Source of the DNA: Phocaeicola dorei
Lineage (GTDB): Bacteria; Bacillota; Clostridia; Christensenellales; Aristaeellaceae
Reading direction: 5' to 3'
NCBI GenBank assembly: GCA_963627465.1
Contig: CAVGBO010000016.1
Location: 13,159-77,158, forward strand
Length of the DNA stretch: 64,000 nt
The position numbers and the translations under genes were made by a program. Shown piece by piece: positions 41,673 through 50,701 of this stretch. The number at the start of each line of letters is the position of its first letter. The first letter of the stretch is position 1. The notes under the pieces are model-generated. The model was not told the origin of the DNA, did no database searches, and saw nothing but the letters and a program-made list of their open reading frames with translations.

Positions 41673-43145
41673 ATGCTGCTGTATTTGACGCTGTTGCTGC
41701 CCCTGATCGGCGGCGCGGTGCTTCCCCTGTTTCGCCTGAAAACGGTGAAAAGCCGGGGGGTGTACGTGGAAGCCATTGTCCTTGCCACCTCTGTGCTGGT
41801 ATGGATCATGCTGCTGAACCGTACGGATGAAACCTTTGTGCTCTACCACATGACGGACGCTTTGGCACTGTCCTTCAAGGTAGACGGCATGAGCTGCGTG
41901 TTTGCCGGACTTGTTTCCTTCTTGTGGCCTCTCGCTTCCCTGTACGGATTCGAGTACATGACCCACGAAGAGCGCCCCAACACCTTCTTTGCCTACTACA
42001 CCATGACCTATGGCGTTACGCTGGCTATTGCCACTGCCGCCAACCTGTTCACCCTGTATGTATTCTATGAGTGCCTGACCATGATTACCCTGCCGCTGGT
42101 CATGCACAAGAAGGATGCTCGCAGCATTCACGCCGGACGGAAGTACGTGTACTATTCCATTGGCGGTGCTGCACTGGCCTTCATCGGCCTGATTTTCTCC
42201 GTTTACTATGGGCTGAACCCCAACTTCACCCTGGGCGGCATTCTGGATCCTGCCATGATTGCAGGCAAGGAAGACCTGCTCCGTGCGGTATTCCTGCTGG
42301 CCTTCATTGGCTTCGGCACCAAGGCAGCCCTCTTCCCCATGCATGCATGGCTGCCTGCCGCCTCCGTTGCTCCTACCCCCGTAACGGCACTGCTCCATGC
42401 TGTGGCTGTGGTAAACGCCGGCGCCTACGCGGTGCTGCGCATCACCTACTATGTATTCGGCACGGAGCTACTGTACGGCACCTGGGTGCAGACCGTGGTG
42501 CTGTGCCTGAGCTGCTTTACCATCCTGTATGGCTCTGCTATGGCTGTAAAGGAACAGCACTTTAAGCGCCGCCTGGCTTACTCCACCATCAGCAACCTGA
42601 GCTACATGCTGATGGGCGCAGCCCTCATGACCCCTGACGGCATGGTAGGCAGCCTGAGCCACCTGGTGCTCCACGGTCTGATGAAAATCACCTTGTTCTA
42701 CTGTGCTGGTGCCATTCTGGTGAAGACGGAACAGGAGTATGTGCAGGATATTCGTGGCTTCGGCAAGATCATGCCTTTCACCTGCGCCGTGTTCACCATC
42801 GGCTCTGTGGCCATGGTGGGCATTCCGCCCCTGTGCGGCTTTGTCAGCAAGTGGAACCTGTTGACCGCTGCCGCCGGAACCGGCCTGCCCATGGGCGTTG
42901 TCGCCGTGGCCGTGCTGATTGTTTCCGCCATCCTGACAGCCATCTATCTTTTCGGTGTAGCCGGTCCCATGTACTTCCGTCCCGTGAACCCGGAGCTTTC
43001 CGCACTGACCCATGAAAAGCATGATCCCACCTGGATGATGAAGCTGCCCCTGACGGTGCTGACCCTTGCCATCATTCTGCTGGGCATCTACAGCCAGCCC
43101 CTGGTTACCTTCCTGCGGAACATTGCTTCCGGATTGATTTTCTGA
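41673..43145 (+). CDS. mrpD: MrpD/NuoN-like proton-conducting antiporter subunit, copy 3
   Basis: 490 aa. LFTLYVFYECLTMIT, PMHAWLPAASVAPTPVTALLHAVAVVNAG, AYSTISNLSYM. RBS AAAGGAGG. Confidence 0.85.
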   Translation: MLLYLTLLLPLIGGAVLPLFRLKTVKSRGVYVEAIVLATSVLVWIMLLNRTDETFVLYHMTDALALSFKVDGMSCVFAGLVSFLWPLASLYGFEYMTHEERPNTFFAYYTMTYGVTLAIATAANLFTLYVFYECLTMITLPLVMHKKDARSIHAGRKYVYYSIGGAALAFIGLIFSVYYGLNPNFTLGGILDPAMIAGKEDLLRAVFLLAFIGFGTKAALFPMHAWLPAASVAPTPVTALLHAVAVVNAGAYAVLRITYYVFGTELLYGTWVQTVVLCLSCFTILYGSAMAVKEQHFKRRLAYSTISNLSYMLMGAALMTPDGMVGSLSHLVLHGLMKITLFYCAGAILVKTEQEYVQDIRGFGKIMPFTCAVFTIGSVAMVGIPPLCGFVSKWNLLTAAAGTGLPMGVVAVAVLIVSAILTAIYLFGVAGPMYFRPVNPELSALTHEKHDPTWMMKLPLTVLTLAIILLGIYSQPLVTFLRNIASGLIF

Positions 43146-43179
43146 CGGAACCTCAACTCCCTTGAAAGGAGATATTCCC

Positions 43180-45306
43180 ATGGCTCTATTGCCTATTCTT
43201 TGCTTCGGACCCATGGTGATGGCACTGGTGTGCTACATCGTCGGTCGCTTTTCGAAGCCTGTGCGGGACGAGCTGGTTGCCGCAGTCGGCATTGTGACCT
43301 GCTTCGCCTGCGCCTTTCTGTGGAACCAGACAGGCAGCTTTACGCTGAGCGGATTCTGCGGTTTAGGGCTTCACCTGAGCGTAGACGGCTTCCGCAGCCT
43401 GTATGCGCTGGTTGCTTCCTTCATGTGGATGATGACGGGCATTTTCTCCAAGGAGTACTTTGCCCACTATCATAACCGCAACCGCTACTACTTCTTCAAC
43501 CTGATGACCTTGGGTGCAACCTTGGGCGTATTCCTGTCCGATGATTTGTACTCCACCTTCATCTTCTTCGAAATCATGTCCCTGACCAGCTATGTGTGGG
43601 TAGCCCATGAAGAAACCCCCGGCGCCATGCGTGCCGCCGGTACCTACCTGGCTGTGGCTGTGCTGGGCGGTTTGACCACGCTGATGGGTCTGTTCATGTT
43701 GTGGCACGAGCTGGGCACGCTGAGCTTCGACGGCCTTCGTGCCGCCCTGGGCGGACAGCCTGCCTCCACCACCGTAACGGTGGCTGCCTGGCTGGTAGTC
43801 TTCGGCTTCGCTGCCAAAGCAGGTCTGTTCCCGCTGCACATCTGGCTGCCCAAGGCACACCCGGTGGCTCCTGCCCCGGCCAGTGCCCTGCTGTCCGGCA
43901 TTCTGACCAAGTCCGGCGTTTTCGGCCTGATTGTGGTCTGCTCCCGGCTGATGGCCGGTAATGCAGCCTTCGGCAATGCGCTGCTGGTGCTTGCCGTGAT
44001 CACCATGTTCCTGGGTGCCGTGCTGGCGCTGTTCTCCGTTGACCTGAAGCGCACGCTGGCCTGCTCCTCCATGAGCCAAATCGGCTTCATTACCGTAGGT
44101 CTGTCCATGATGGTGCTGCTGGGTGAGGAAGGCTCCCTGGCCGCCTACGGCAGCGTCATGCACATGGTGAATCACTCCCTGATTAAGCTGTGCCTGTTCA
44201 TGGCAGCCGGTGTGGTCTTCATGAATCTGCATCAGCTGAACCTGAATGATATTCGGGGCTTCGGCCGTGGTAAGCCGGTGCTCCACATTGCTTTTCTGCT
44301 GGGTGCGCTGTCCATCGGCTGTATTCCCCCCATCGGCAGCGGATACGTCAGCAAGAGCCTGCTGCATGAAAGCATTCTGGAGTACATTCATCTGCTGCAG
44401 GAAACCGGGCAAAGTTGGGGCGCCTACAAGTTTGTGGAGATTCTCTTCCTCATCAGCGGCGGTCTGACCATTGCTTACATGACCAAGCTGTATATCTGCC
44501 TGTTCTGGGAAAAACATCCCACTCGTCAGGCAGAGTTCGATGCCATGAACAAGAGCTACATCTCCGTTCGCTCTTCCATCGCTTTGCTTGGCAGTGCCAT
44601 TGTTCTCCCTTTCCTGGGTGCGCTGCCTCAGGTACTGATGAGCCCTGTCGGTGCCCGCAGTGCTGCCTTCTTCGGACAAGAGGCGCTGAAGGAATCCATT
44701 GCCTACTTCTCCGGCGAAAACCTGCTGGGTGCGGCTGAGAGCATTGCCATCGGCGCAGCGGCCTATCTGCTGATCGTCCGTCCTCTGCTGATGCGCAAGG
44801 AAGGCAAGGTACTGGTCTATGCCGACCGCTGGCCCAAGTGGCTGGATCTGGAGAACAGCGTGTACCGTCCCGTGTTCACCAAGTTCCTGCCCAATGTGGC
44901 CGGTGCTGTCACTGCCTTCATCGCCAACATTCCCGAAAGCCTGCTGGTGCAGAAGATCATCCCCGAAATCATTACCGGCGTGGTACGCTTCCTTTGCGAG
45001 CTGCCGGAAAACATGGTGCTCCTCCTCAAGAACACAGTGCTGCGCAAGCGTCGCCGGAAGGAAGCCGTTCCCATCGGCAATCGCTTCACCTATGGCTTTG
45101 GCCGCTTCATGGACGCCATTGCCCGTGGGCTGAACGCCACCGTTTGCCGCCGTCATCCTGTGCGGACGGACTTTGAGTTCGTGCTGGATGCCAGCAGCAA
45201 GGAAATCACTCGCGGCACCATCCGCATCACCAGAAGCATCTCCTTTGGTCTGCTGCTGCTGTGCATCGGATTGTTTGCCACCTGCCTGTATCTGATGATT
45301 CACTAA
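43180..45306 (+). CDS. Fourth antiporter-like subunit (MrpA/NuoL-like) with long C-terminal extension ending in a single TM
   Basis: 708 aa. YSTFIFFEIMSLTS, PLHIWLPKAHPVAPAPASALLSGILTKSG, ACSSMSQIGFI, then about 230 extra residues and a terminal helix SISFGLLLLCIGLFATCLYLMIH. ATG 43180 follows the RBS AAGGAG. Confidence 0.8.
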   Translation: MALLPILCFGPMVMALVCYIVGRFSKPVRDELVAAVGIVTCFACAFLWNQTGSFTLSGFCGLGLHLSVDGFRSLYALVASFMWMMTGIFSKEYFAHYHNRNRYYFFNLMTLGATLGVFLSDDLYSTFIFFEIMSLTSYVWVAHEETPGAMRAAGTYLAVAVLGGLTTLMGLFMLWHELGTLSFDGLRAALGGQPASTTVTVAAWLVVFGFAAKAGLFPLHIWLPKAHPVAPAPASALLSGILTKSGVFGLIVVCSRLMAGNAAFGNALLVLAVITMFLGAVLALFSVDLKRTLACSSMSQIGFITVGLSMMVLLGEEGSLAAYGSVMHMVNHSLIKLCLFMAAGVVFMNLHQLNLNDIRGFGRGKPVLHIAFLLGALSIGCIPPIGSGYVSKSLLHESILEYIHLLQETGQSWGAYKFVEILFLISGGLTIAYMTKLYICLFWEKHPTRQAEFDAMNKSYISVRSSIALLGSAIVLPFLGALPQVLMSPVGARSAAFFGQEALKESIAYFSGENLLGAAESIAIGAAAYLLIVRPLLMRKEGKVLVYADRWPKWLDLENSVYRPVFTKFLPNVAGAVTAFIANIPESLLVQKIIPEIITGVVRFLCELPENMVLLLKNTVLRKRRRKEAVPIGNRFTYGFGRFMDAIARGLNATVCRRHPVRTDFEFVLDASSKEITRGTIRITRSISFGLLLLCIGLFATCLYLMIH

Positions 45307-45313
45307 ACCAATG

Positions 45314-45360
45314 AAAAAAGGGTCTGCTGCAGTTCATTCACTCCGCAGCAGACCCTTTTG
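45314..45360. terminator. Bidirectional Rho-independent terminator (mrp cluster / brnQ)
   Basis: 11-bp perfect stem GGGTCTGCTGC / GCAGCAGACCC, flanked by AAAAAA and TTTT. Confidence 0.8.
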
Positions 45361-45372
45361 TTATGCCCTGCT

Positions 45373-46719
45373 TTACGCCTTTTTTGCTTTCATTCCGTGG
45401 ATCACAAGGCCGATGACCAGCCCCAAGGCCGCCGGACAAATCCACGCCAACCCCAGATCTGCGAAAGGCAGAGCACCGCCCACGGTATCAATGATGCCGT
45501 TCAGATGCCAAGCCGTGCGGATCCCCTCCGGCAGGGTTTTCATCAGGTCATACAGGGAGGCGACAAGCGTTAAAGCCGTCACGCTGATGTACACCACCCG
45601 GTCATGGTTGAAGAATCGCCCCAGAAGGGTCAGCAAAATCAAGGTAATGGCCAAGGGGTACAGGAACATCAGGATAGGCAGCGACCACTGGGTAATGGCC
45701 GTCAGTCCCATGGTGGCAATCAGGAACGCCACCACCACGAAGAGAATGGCCCATACACGGTACTTCGGTCCCTTGGGGAAAATCACGGTGAAGGCTTCCG
45801 AACAGCTGGTGACCAATCCTACAGCCGTCTTCAGGCAGGCAACCGTCACCGTAACTGCCAGCACCCAATAGCCCACCGAGCCCAAATAATGTTCTGCAAT
45901 TTGTGCCAGGGCAATGCCGCCGTTGGCACTGGTGGCAAACAGGCCTCTGCTCTGCGTGCCCACAACGGTGACCGCAATGTAGATCAGTGCCATCAGGATG
46001 CAGCTGAAGAGCCCGGCCAGCATGGTAGACTTGGCCACTTGCTCCGGCTCCTGCACGCCACGATCCCGAATTACCTGCACCACCACAATGCCGAAGGCCA
46101 ACCCGGCCAGCACATCCATGGTATTATAGCCTTCCAGAAAGCCTGTGAAGAAGGCTTGGGACACATAATCTCCTTCCGGCGCAACCTCCCAGATCTGTGC
46201 AGCCGGGTGAATCGCCGCAACCACCACCAGAATACCGAGGAACAAAAGAAAGACAGGATTCAGAATCAGCCCAACCCAGGTCAAGATCTTGCCGGGTCGC
46301 AGCGATAAGACCAATGTCACCGCAAAGAAAGCCAAAGAAAAAATCCATAATGCAGTCTGCCCGTTTTCCGGGAAAAACCGCTCAATGCCCACCGTAAAAG
46401 AAGTAGCCGCCAGACGAGGAATGGCGAAGAACGGTCCGATGGTCAGGTACAGAAGACAGGAAAAGAACGCACCGTACTTTTTGCTGACGGTACTGCTCAG
46501 CTGATACACACCGCTGCTGCGGCTCATCCCCAAAGCTGTTACCGCCAAAAGCGGCATGCCCACGCCGGTAATCAGCAGGCCAATCACGGCAGGGATGACA
46601 TTGCTGCCTGCCATCTGTCCCATATGCACCGGGAAGATTAAATTTCCTGCACCAAAGAACAGGCCGAAAAGCATGCTGGCAATGGACGCATACTCCCTGC
46701 GTGTCAGTTTTCCTTTCAT
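45373..46719 (-). CDS. brnQ: Branched-chain amino-acid transport system II carrier BrnQ
   Basis: N-terminus SIASMLFGLFFGAGNLIFPVHMGQMAGSN, 12-TM LIVCS-family pattern. Confidence 0.9.
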   Translation of the reverse strand: MKGKLTRREYASIASMLFGLFFGAGNLIFPVHMGQMAGSNVIPAVIGLLITGVGMPLLAVTALGMSRSSGVYQLSSTVSKKYGAFFSCLLYLTIGPFFAIPRLAATSFTVGIERFFPENGQTALWIFSLAFFAVTLVLSLRPGKILTWVGLILNPVFLLFLGILVVVAAIHPAAQIWEVAPEGDYVSQAFFTGFLEGYNTMDVLAGLAFGIVVVQVIRDRGVQEPEQVAKSTMLAGLFSCILMALIYIAVTVVGTQSRGLFATSANGGIALAQIAEHYLGSVGYWVLAVTVTVACLKTAVGLVTSCSEAFTVIFPKGPKYRVWAILFVVVAFLIATMGLTAITQWSLPILMFLYPLAITLILLTLLGRFFNHDRVVYISVTALTLVASLYDLMKTLPEGIRTAWHLNGIIDTVGGALPFADLGLAWICPAALGLVIGLVIHGMKAKKA

Positions 46720-46762
46720 AGAGCATCTTCCTTTCTTTTCTCATTTGGGTTGAATTTTGACC

Positions 46763-46791
46763 ATTGTAACCTATCCATTACAAAAATGCAA
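46763..46791 (-). promoter_or_regulatory. Putative sigma-A promoter of brnQ
   Basis: On the minus strand: TTGCAT, 17-nt spacer, TACAAT. It leaves a leader of only about 35-40 nt. Confidence 0.45.
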
Positions 46792-46839
46792 GATGGGGAC
46801 TTCCCTTTTGTAAAACTTCCGCCGTCTGCTTTTCATCCC

Positions 46840-46869
46840 TTGCCCTCTCCTTCCCTTCTATGGTATGAT
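46840..46869 (+). promoter_or_regulatory. Putative promoter of the CapA-family/surE genes
   Basis: TTGCCC, 18-nt spacer, extended -10 TGgTATGAT. It lies 23 nt upstream of ATG 46893. Confidence 0.4.
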
Positions 46870-46892
46870 GATACCCGAAAGGCGGTACGAAC

Positions 46893-47999
46893 ATGATGAA
46901 GAAATGGAAAGCCTTCGGCTTTGTGATGCTTTTTGCCCTTTGCACAGCTTGCAGCGCTCTGGGAGAGACGTTTACTTTCTCCCTGGTAGGCGACTGCACG
47001 GTAGGGGATCAGTGGAAATACCACGGCTACGGCGCATCCTTTACCTATAAGATTACCCAAGCCGGTCTGGATTATCCCTTCAGCCTGGTGGCGGATCTGT
47101 TTGCCGCCGACGACCTGACCATTGCCAACTGCGAAGGCGTGTTGACCGACCGTCGCCCCGGCAGCAATGCCAAGTTTATGACACTAGGTGCGGAAACCAA
47201 GTTCGGCGAGGTTTTCAAGCTGGGCAACGTGGATGTATGCAACATTGCCAACAACCATGCCCGTGACTTCGGCACCAACGGTCGGCAGGACACCATCGAT
47301 ACCCTGACGGCACTGGGCATTGGGGTCTTCGGAGACGATGTGCTCTACGAAACCGAACTGAAAGGCGTCAAAATTGGCATCGTAGGCTACACCTATCCCA
47401 TTAACAAATCCAAGATGGAACGCTATGCCGCCTCCATCCAGCAGCTGAAGGATGACGGCTGCACCTTCATTATTGCCAGTGCTCACTGGGGCAAAGAGGA
47501 AAGCTACAACATCAATCTGGATCAGCGCACCTATGGACCTCAGCTGATTGATCTGGGTGCGGACATGGTTTACGGCCATGGTTCCCACACCTTGCAGCCC
47601 ATTCAGATCTACAACGGCAAGGCCATTTTCTACAGCCTGTCCAACTTCACCTTCGGTGCCAACGCCGCCCCCAAGGACGATGACACCGCCGTGATTCAGG
47701 TTACCTACAATGTGCAGGACGACGGCACCATGGAGCTGCAGCAGATTACGGCACTGCCCTTCAAAATGCACAACAACAAGGACTTCCGCCCCTATCCCAT
47801 TGAGGATGAGGAAGGCAAGCTGCAGGTGTGGAAAAAGCTTGTGTTCTACAAGGACAAGGATCCTGACTCCGGGCTGCCGGAAAGCTTCCTGACCACCGGC
47901 GTTGCCGTCTTCGCTGACCCCGCCACGTCCACGGATCTTCCCCTGCCTGCCACTGAAACAGACCTGGCCACTGCCACCAATCTTCCCGAAGGAGAATGA
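46893..47999 (+). CDS. CapA-family (PGA_cap) metallophosphoesterase-like protein, exported
   Basis: Signal peptide MMKKWKAFGFVMLFALCTACSA. FSLVGDCTVGD, IANCEGVLTD, NIANNHARDFG, ASAHWGKE, GHGSHTLQP motifs. Confidence 0.8.
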   Translation: MMKKWKAFGFVMLFALCTACSALGETFTFSLVGDCTVGDQWKYHGYGASFTYKITQAGLDYPFSLVADLFAADDLTIANCEGVLTDRRPGSNAKFMTLGAETKFGEVFKLGNVDVCNIANNHARDFGTNGRQDTIDTLTALGIGVFGDDVLYETELKGVKIGIVGYTYPINKSKMERYAASIQQLKDDGCTFIIASAHWGKEESYNINLDQRTYGPQLIDLGADMVYGHGSHTLQPIQIYNGKAIFYSLSNFTFGANAAPKDDDTAVIQVTYNVQDDGTMELQQITALPFKMHNNKDFRPYPIEDEEGKLQVWKKLVFYKDKDPDSGLPESFLTTGVAVFADPATSTDLPLPATETDLATATNLPEGE

Positions 48000-48002
48000 C
48001 CT

Positions 48003-48755
48003 GTGAACATTCTGCTTGTTAATGACGATGGTATTTCCAGCCCCCATTTGCACATGCTTTGCCGGGCGGCCGCCGCACGGAGACATCACGTGCTTGTGTG
48101 CGCCCCCTCCACCCAGCAAAGCGGCAAAAGCTACAGTCTTACGATTTCCACGCCTTTAATGGTGACGCCTTATACCATGGAAGGAGCCGACGCCGCATGG
48201 GCAGTAGACGGCACACCGGCAGACTGTGCGCACTTGGCAGTGACTTCCTTGGCAGACGCGCCCATTGACCTGTGCATCAGCGGCATCAATCACGGGTACA
48301 ATGCCGGTCTGTCCATTTACGCTTCTGGCACAGTCAGCGCAGCCCGGGATGCGGCGTTTCGAGGCATTCCTTCCATGGCACTATCTATGGAAGTTTCCAC
48401 CCCGGCAGAGACCAGCCATCTCTTCGCCGAATGGGCCATTCAACTGGGTGAACACTTGGTGCACTCCCCTGCTCCCGCCCAGTCTGTGCTGAACGTGAAC
48501 CTGCCGCCTGTTCCGATATACGAGCTGAAAGCACCCAAATTTTGCCCTCTAAATACCGCCATGTGGCAGGACGGGTATCAGCAATGCGAGAGCCCCAGAG
48601 GCAAGACCTATTACTGGCTGAATCTTTATCAGGATGCTGCTCCTGACCCGGGCAGCGACATTGACTTGCTGGCCAAGGGTCACATTACCTGCACCTTCAT
48701 CGGCCCTACGGAAACGATTTATCAGGGGTATGATGCACTACTGGAAGAATTGTGA
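48003..48755 (+). CDS. surE: 5'/3'-nucleotidase SurE
   Basis: MNILLVNDDGISSP, SGINHGYNAGLSIYASGTVSAARDAA. GTG start 3 nt after the preceding stop. Confidence 0.9.
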   Translation: MNILLVNDDGISSPHLHMLCRAAAARRHHVLVCAPSTQQSGKSYSLTISTPLMVTPYTMEGADAAWAVDGTPADCAHLAVTSLADAPIDLCISGINHGYNAGLSIYASGTVSAARDAAFRGIPSMALSMEVSTPAETSHLFAEWAIQLGEHLVHSPAPAQSVLNVNLPPVPIYELKAPKFCPLNTAMWQDGYQQCESPRGKTYYWLNLYQDAAPDPGSDIDLLAKGHITCTFIGPTETIYQGYDALLEEL

Positions 48756-48797
48756 TTGCTTTTTCCATTTCTCCGCAAAGAAACCTTTCCAACCCCC

Positions 48798-48826
48798 TTG
48801 CGGCCATGGATACGAAGTCGTATAAT
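48798..48826 (+). promoter_or_regulatory. Putative promoter of the SulP transporter gene
   Basis: TTGCGG, 17-nt spacer, TATAAT. It lies about 45 nt upstream of GTG 48871. Confidence 0.4.
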
Positions 48827-48870
48827 GAAAAACTGCTGCGTTCTTTGGCGCAAAATATGGAAGGGTTGGA

Positions 48871-50526
48871 GTGAAAAGCGTGCGGTATGTGCAGCTTCTC
48901 AAAAAGGAATTCAAGGGTTACAATGCAAAGAGCCTAACAGCTGATCTGCTCAGCGGCATTACGGTGGCGGCAGTTGCCCTGCCCCTGGCACTGGCCTTCG
49001 GCGTGTCCAGCGGTGCGGATGCGGCGGCAGGTCTGATTACGGCCATCATCGCCGGATTGGTCATTTCCCTGCTGTCCGGCGGTTACTACCAAATCAGCGG
49101 ACCTACCGGGGCTATGGCCGCCATCCTCATGTCCGTGGTGGCGAAGTATTCCCTGCAGGGCGTGTTCATTGCCACGTTCCTGGCCGGTGTCATTCTGGTG
49201 CTGTGTGGCGTGCTGAAGCTGGGTCGGCTGACCTCCTTCATCCCCATGCCGGTGATCACGGGCTTCACCAGCGGCATTGCGGTCATCATCGCTTTGGGTC
49301 AGGTGGATAATTTCTTTGGCGTAACCAGCCAAGGGGATACTGCCATTGCCAAGCTGCTTAGCTATGGCACACTGGGGTTCTCCCCCAACTGGACGGCGGT
49401 GATCATGGGACTTGCAGTCATCCTGTTCATGGTCTTTTTCCCAAAGAAATGGAATGCTGTGGTGCCCTCCAGTCTGATCAGCATCGTTCTTGCCACGGCT
49501 GCCGCCATGATTTTTCACCTGGATGTGAAGCCTGTCGGCACGATTCCCACCACCCTGCTGCCGGATAATCGGCTGACCTTTGCAGGGTTGGATCTTGCCA
49601 CCATTCAAGGACTGATTTCTCCCGCCTTCTCCATTGCTATTCTGGGCATGATTGAAAGCCTGCTGTGCGGCGCCAGTGCCGGACGCATGACCGGCGTTCC
49701 GCTGGACAGCGATCAGGAGCTGATTGCTCAGGGTATCGGCAACATGGTGCTGCCCTTCTTCGGCGGCATTCCTGCCACGGCAGCCATTGCACGTACCAGC
49801 GTAGCCATCAAGAGCGGCGCAAAGACCCGGCTGACCGGTGTTTTCCACGCTTTGGCACTGCTGGTGTTCATGCTGGCACTGTCCACCGTTATGAGTCAGA
49901 TTCCCCTCTGTGCCCTGGCCGGTGTGCTGATGGTCACTGCCTGGCGCATGAATGAGTGGCACGCCATCCGCTACATGATGGAGCGGAAGCTGAAGTCCAG
50001 CTTGGTCATGTTCTTTGCCACCATGATCGCCACCATCGTTTTCGACCTGACCATTGCCATTCTCGTCGGTGTTGGGTTGGCTGTGATCTTTATGCTGGCA
50101 CGGCTGAGCCACTTGGACATCCGCTATGACAAGGTGGATTGCGACCGGCTGAACATTCAGGACGTGCACGCTCGGGAGCGTCTTGCCGGTGCCATGGTGT
50201 GCTACGTGAATGGTCCCATCATGTTTGCCAATGCCCAGGCCGTGGAGGGTATGGCTGACAAAATGAAGGATCAGCATACGGTGTTCATGTCCCTGCGTGG
50301 AGTGAGCGACATGGATATTAGTGGCGCACAGGCTATGATTCACCTGGCGGATGCGCTCCGCGCCCGGGGCACCAAGCTGATCCTGACCGGTATGCCGGAA
50401 AAGGCTAAGACCATGGCGGATCGCTGTGGACTGACAGAGGCCATCGGTGAAGAAAACTTCTATTACGGCATGGAGCGAGCCATTCTCGACTACCACGCCG
50501 CCGCTCAGCAGCAAGTAACGGATTAA
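48871..50526 (+). CDS. SulP-family anion transporter with C-terminal STAS domain
   Basis: LTADLLSGITVAAVALPLALAFGVSSG, GIGNMVLPFFGGIPATAAIARTSV. STAS tail VFMSLRGVSDMDISGAQAMIHLADALRARGTKLILTG. The GTG start is uncertain (48871 or 48880). Confidence 0.85.
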   Translation: MKSVRYVQLLKKEFKGYNAKSLTADLLSGITVAAVALPLALAFGVSSGADAAAGLITAIIAGLVISLLSGGYYQISGPTGAMAAILMSVVAKYSLQGVFIATFLAGVILVLCGVLKLGRLTSFIPMPVITGFTSGIAVIIALGQVDNFFGVTSQGDTAIAKLLSYGTLGFSPNWTAVIMGLAVILFMVFFPKKWNAVVPSSLISIVLATAAAMIFHLDVKPVGTIPTTLLPDNRLTFAGLDLATIQGLISPAFSIAILGMIESLLCGASAGRMTGVPLDSDQELIAQGIGNMVLPFFGGIPATAAIARTSVAIKSGAKTRLTGVFHALALLVFMLALSTVMSQIPLCALAGVLMVTAWRMNEWHAIRYMMERKLKSSLVMFFATMIATIVFDLTIAILVGVGLAVIFMLARLSHLDIRYDKVDCDRLNIQDVHARERLAGAMVCYVNGPIMFANAQAVEGMADKMKDQHTVFMSLRGVSDMDISGAQAMIHLADALRARGTKLILTGMPEKAKTMADRCGLTEAIGEENFYYGMERAILDYHAAAQQQVTD

Positions 50527-50539
50527 GATTTTCCGCAAG

Positions 50540-50578
50540 CAGGCAGTCAGGTTTGTGCCGTGGCTGCCTGTTTTTTTT
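50540..50578 (+). terminator. Rho-independent terminator after the SulP gene
   Basis: Stem CAGGCAGTC / GGCTGCCTG followed by TTTTTTTT. Confidence 0.7.
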
Positions 50579-50601
50579 GATTGCAGGCATGAAATTCTTG
50601 C

Positions 50602-50630
50602 TTGACAAGCCCGGATGACGGTGCTATACT
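50602..50630 (+). promoter_or_regulatory. Putative sigma-A promoter of the MarR-DegV operon
   Basis: TTGACA, 17-nt spacer, extended -10 TGcTATACT. Confidence 0.5.
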
Positions 50631-50638
50631 CTCGTTTG

Positions 50639-50653
50639 CTTTGAAGTTCAAAG
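50639..50653. promoter_or_regulatory. Palindromic operator candidate 1 (CTTTGA-N3-TCAAAG; full perfect inverted repeat 50636-50656)
   Basis: TTGCTTTGAA-g-TTCAAAGCAA, perfect 10+1+10 inverted repeat starting 6 nt after the -10 box. Confidence 0.45.
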
Positions 50654-50673
50654 CAATTTTTCTTGGGTAGATA

Positions 50674-50688
50674 CTTTGAATATCAAAG
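50674..50688. promoter_or_regulatory. Palindromic operator candidate 2 (CTTTGA-N3-TCAAAG)
   Basis: CTTTGAATATCAAAG. Same half-sites and spacing as candidate 1, 35 nt downstream, and 14 nt before ATG 50702. Confidence 0.4.
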
Positions 50689-50701
50689 GAATTTCACAAA
50701 C

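Noticed and set aside
39176-41809. 877-aa minus-strand ORF (and the similar 43363-45303, 41628-42398, 42468-43214 and 37764-38594) opposite the mrp genes
   Set aside because: The plus-strand frames carry unmistakable Proton_antipo_M motifs, strong RBSs and operon-like spacing. The antisense translations are H/G/Q-rich, with no TM pattern and no start context.
46720-46892. T-box or other leader RNA upstream of brnQ
   Set aside because: A good TTGCAT-17-TACAAT promoter leaves a leader of only about 35-40 nt. That is far too short for a T-box, and no specifier or antiterminator structure is seen. The rest of the region is the divergent promoter of the CapA-family gene.
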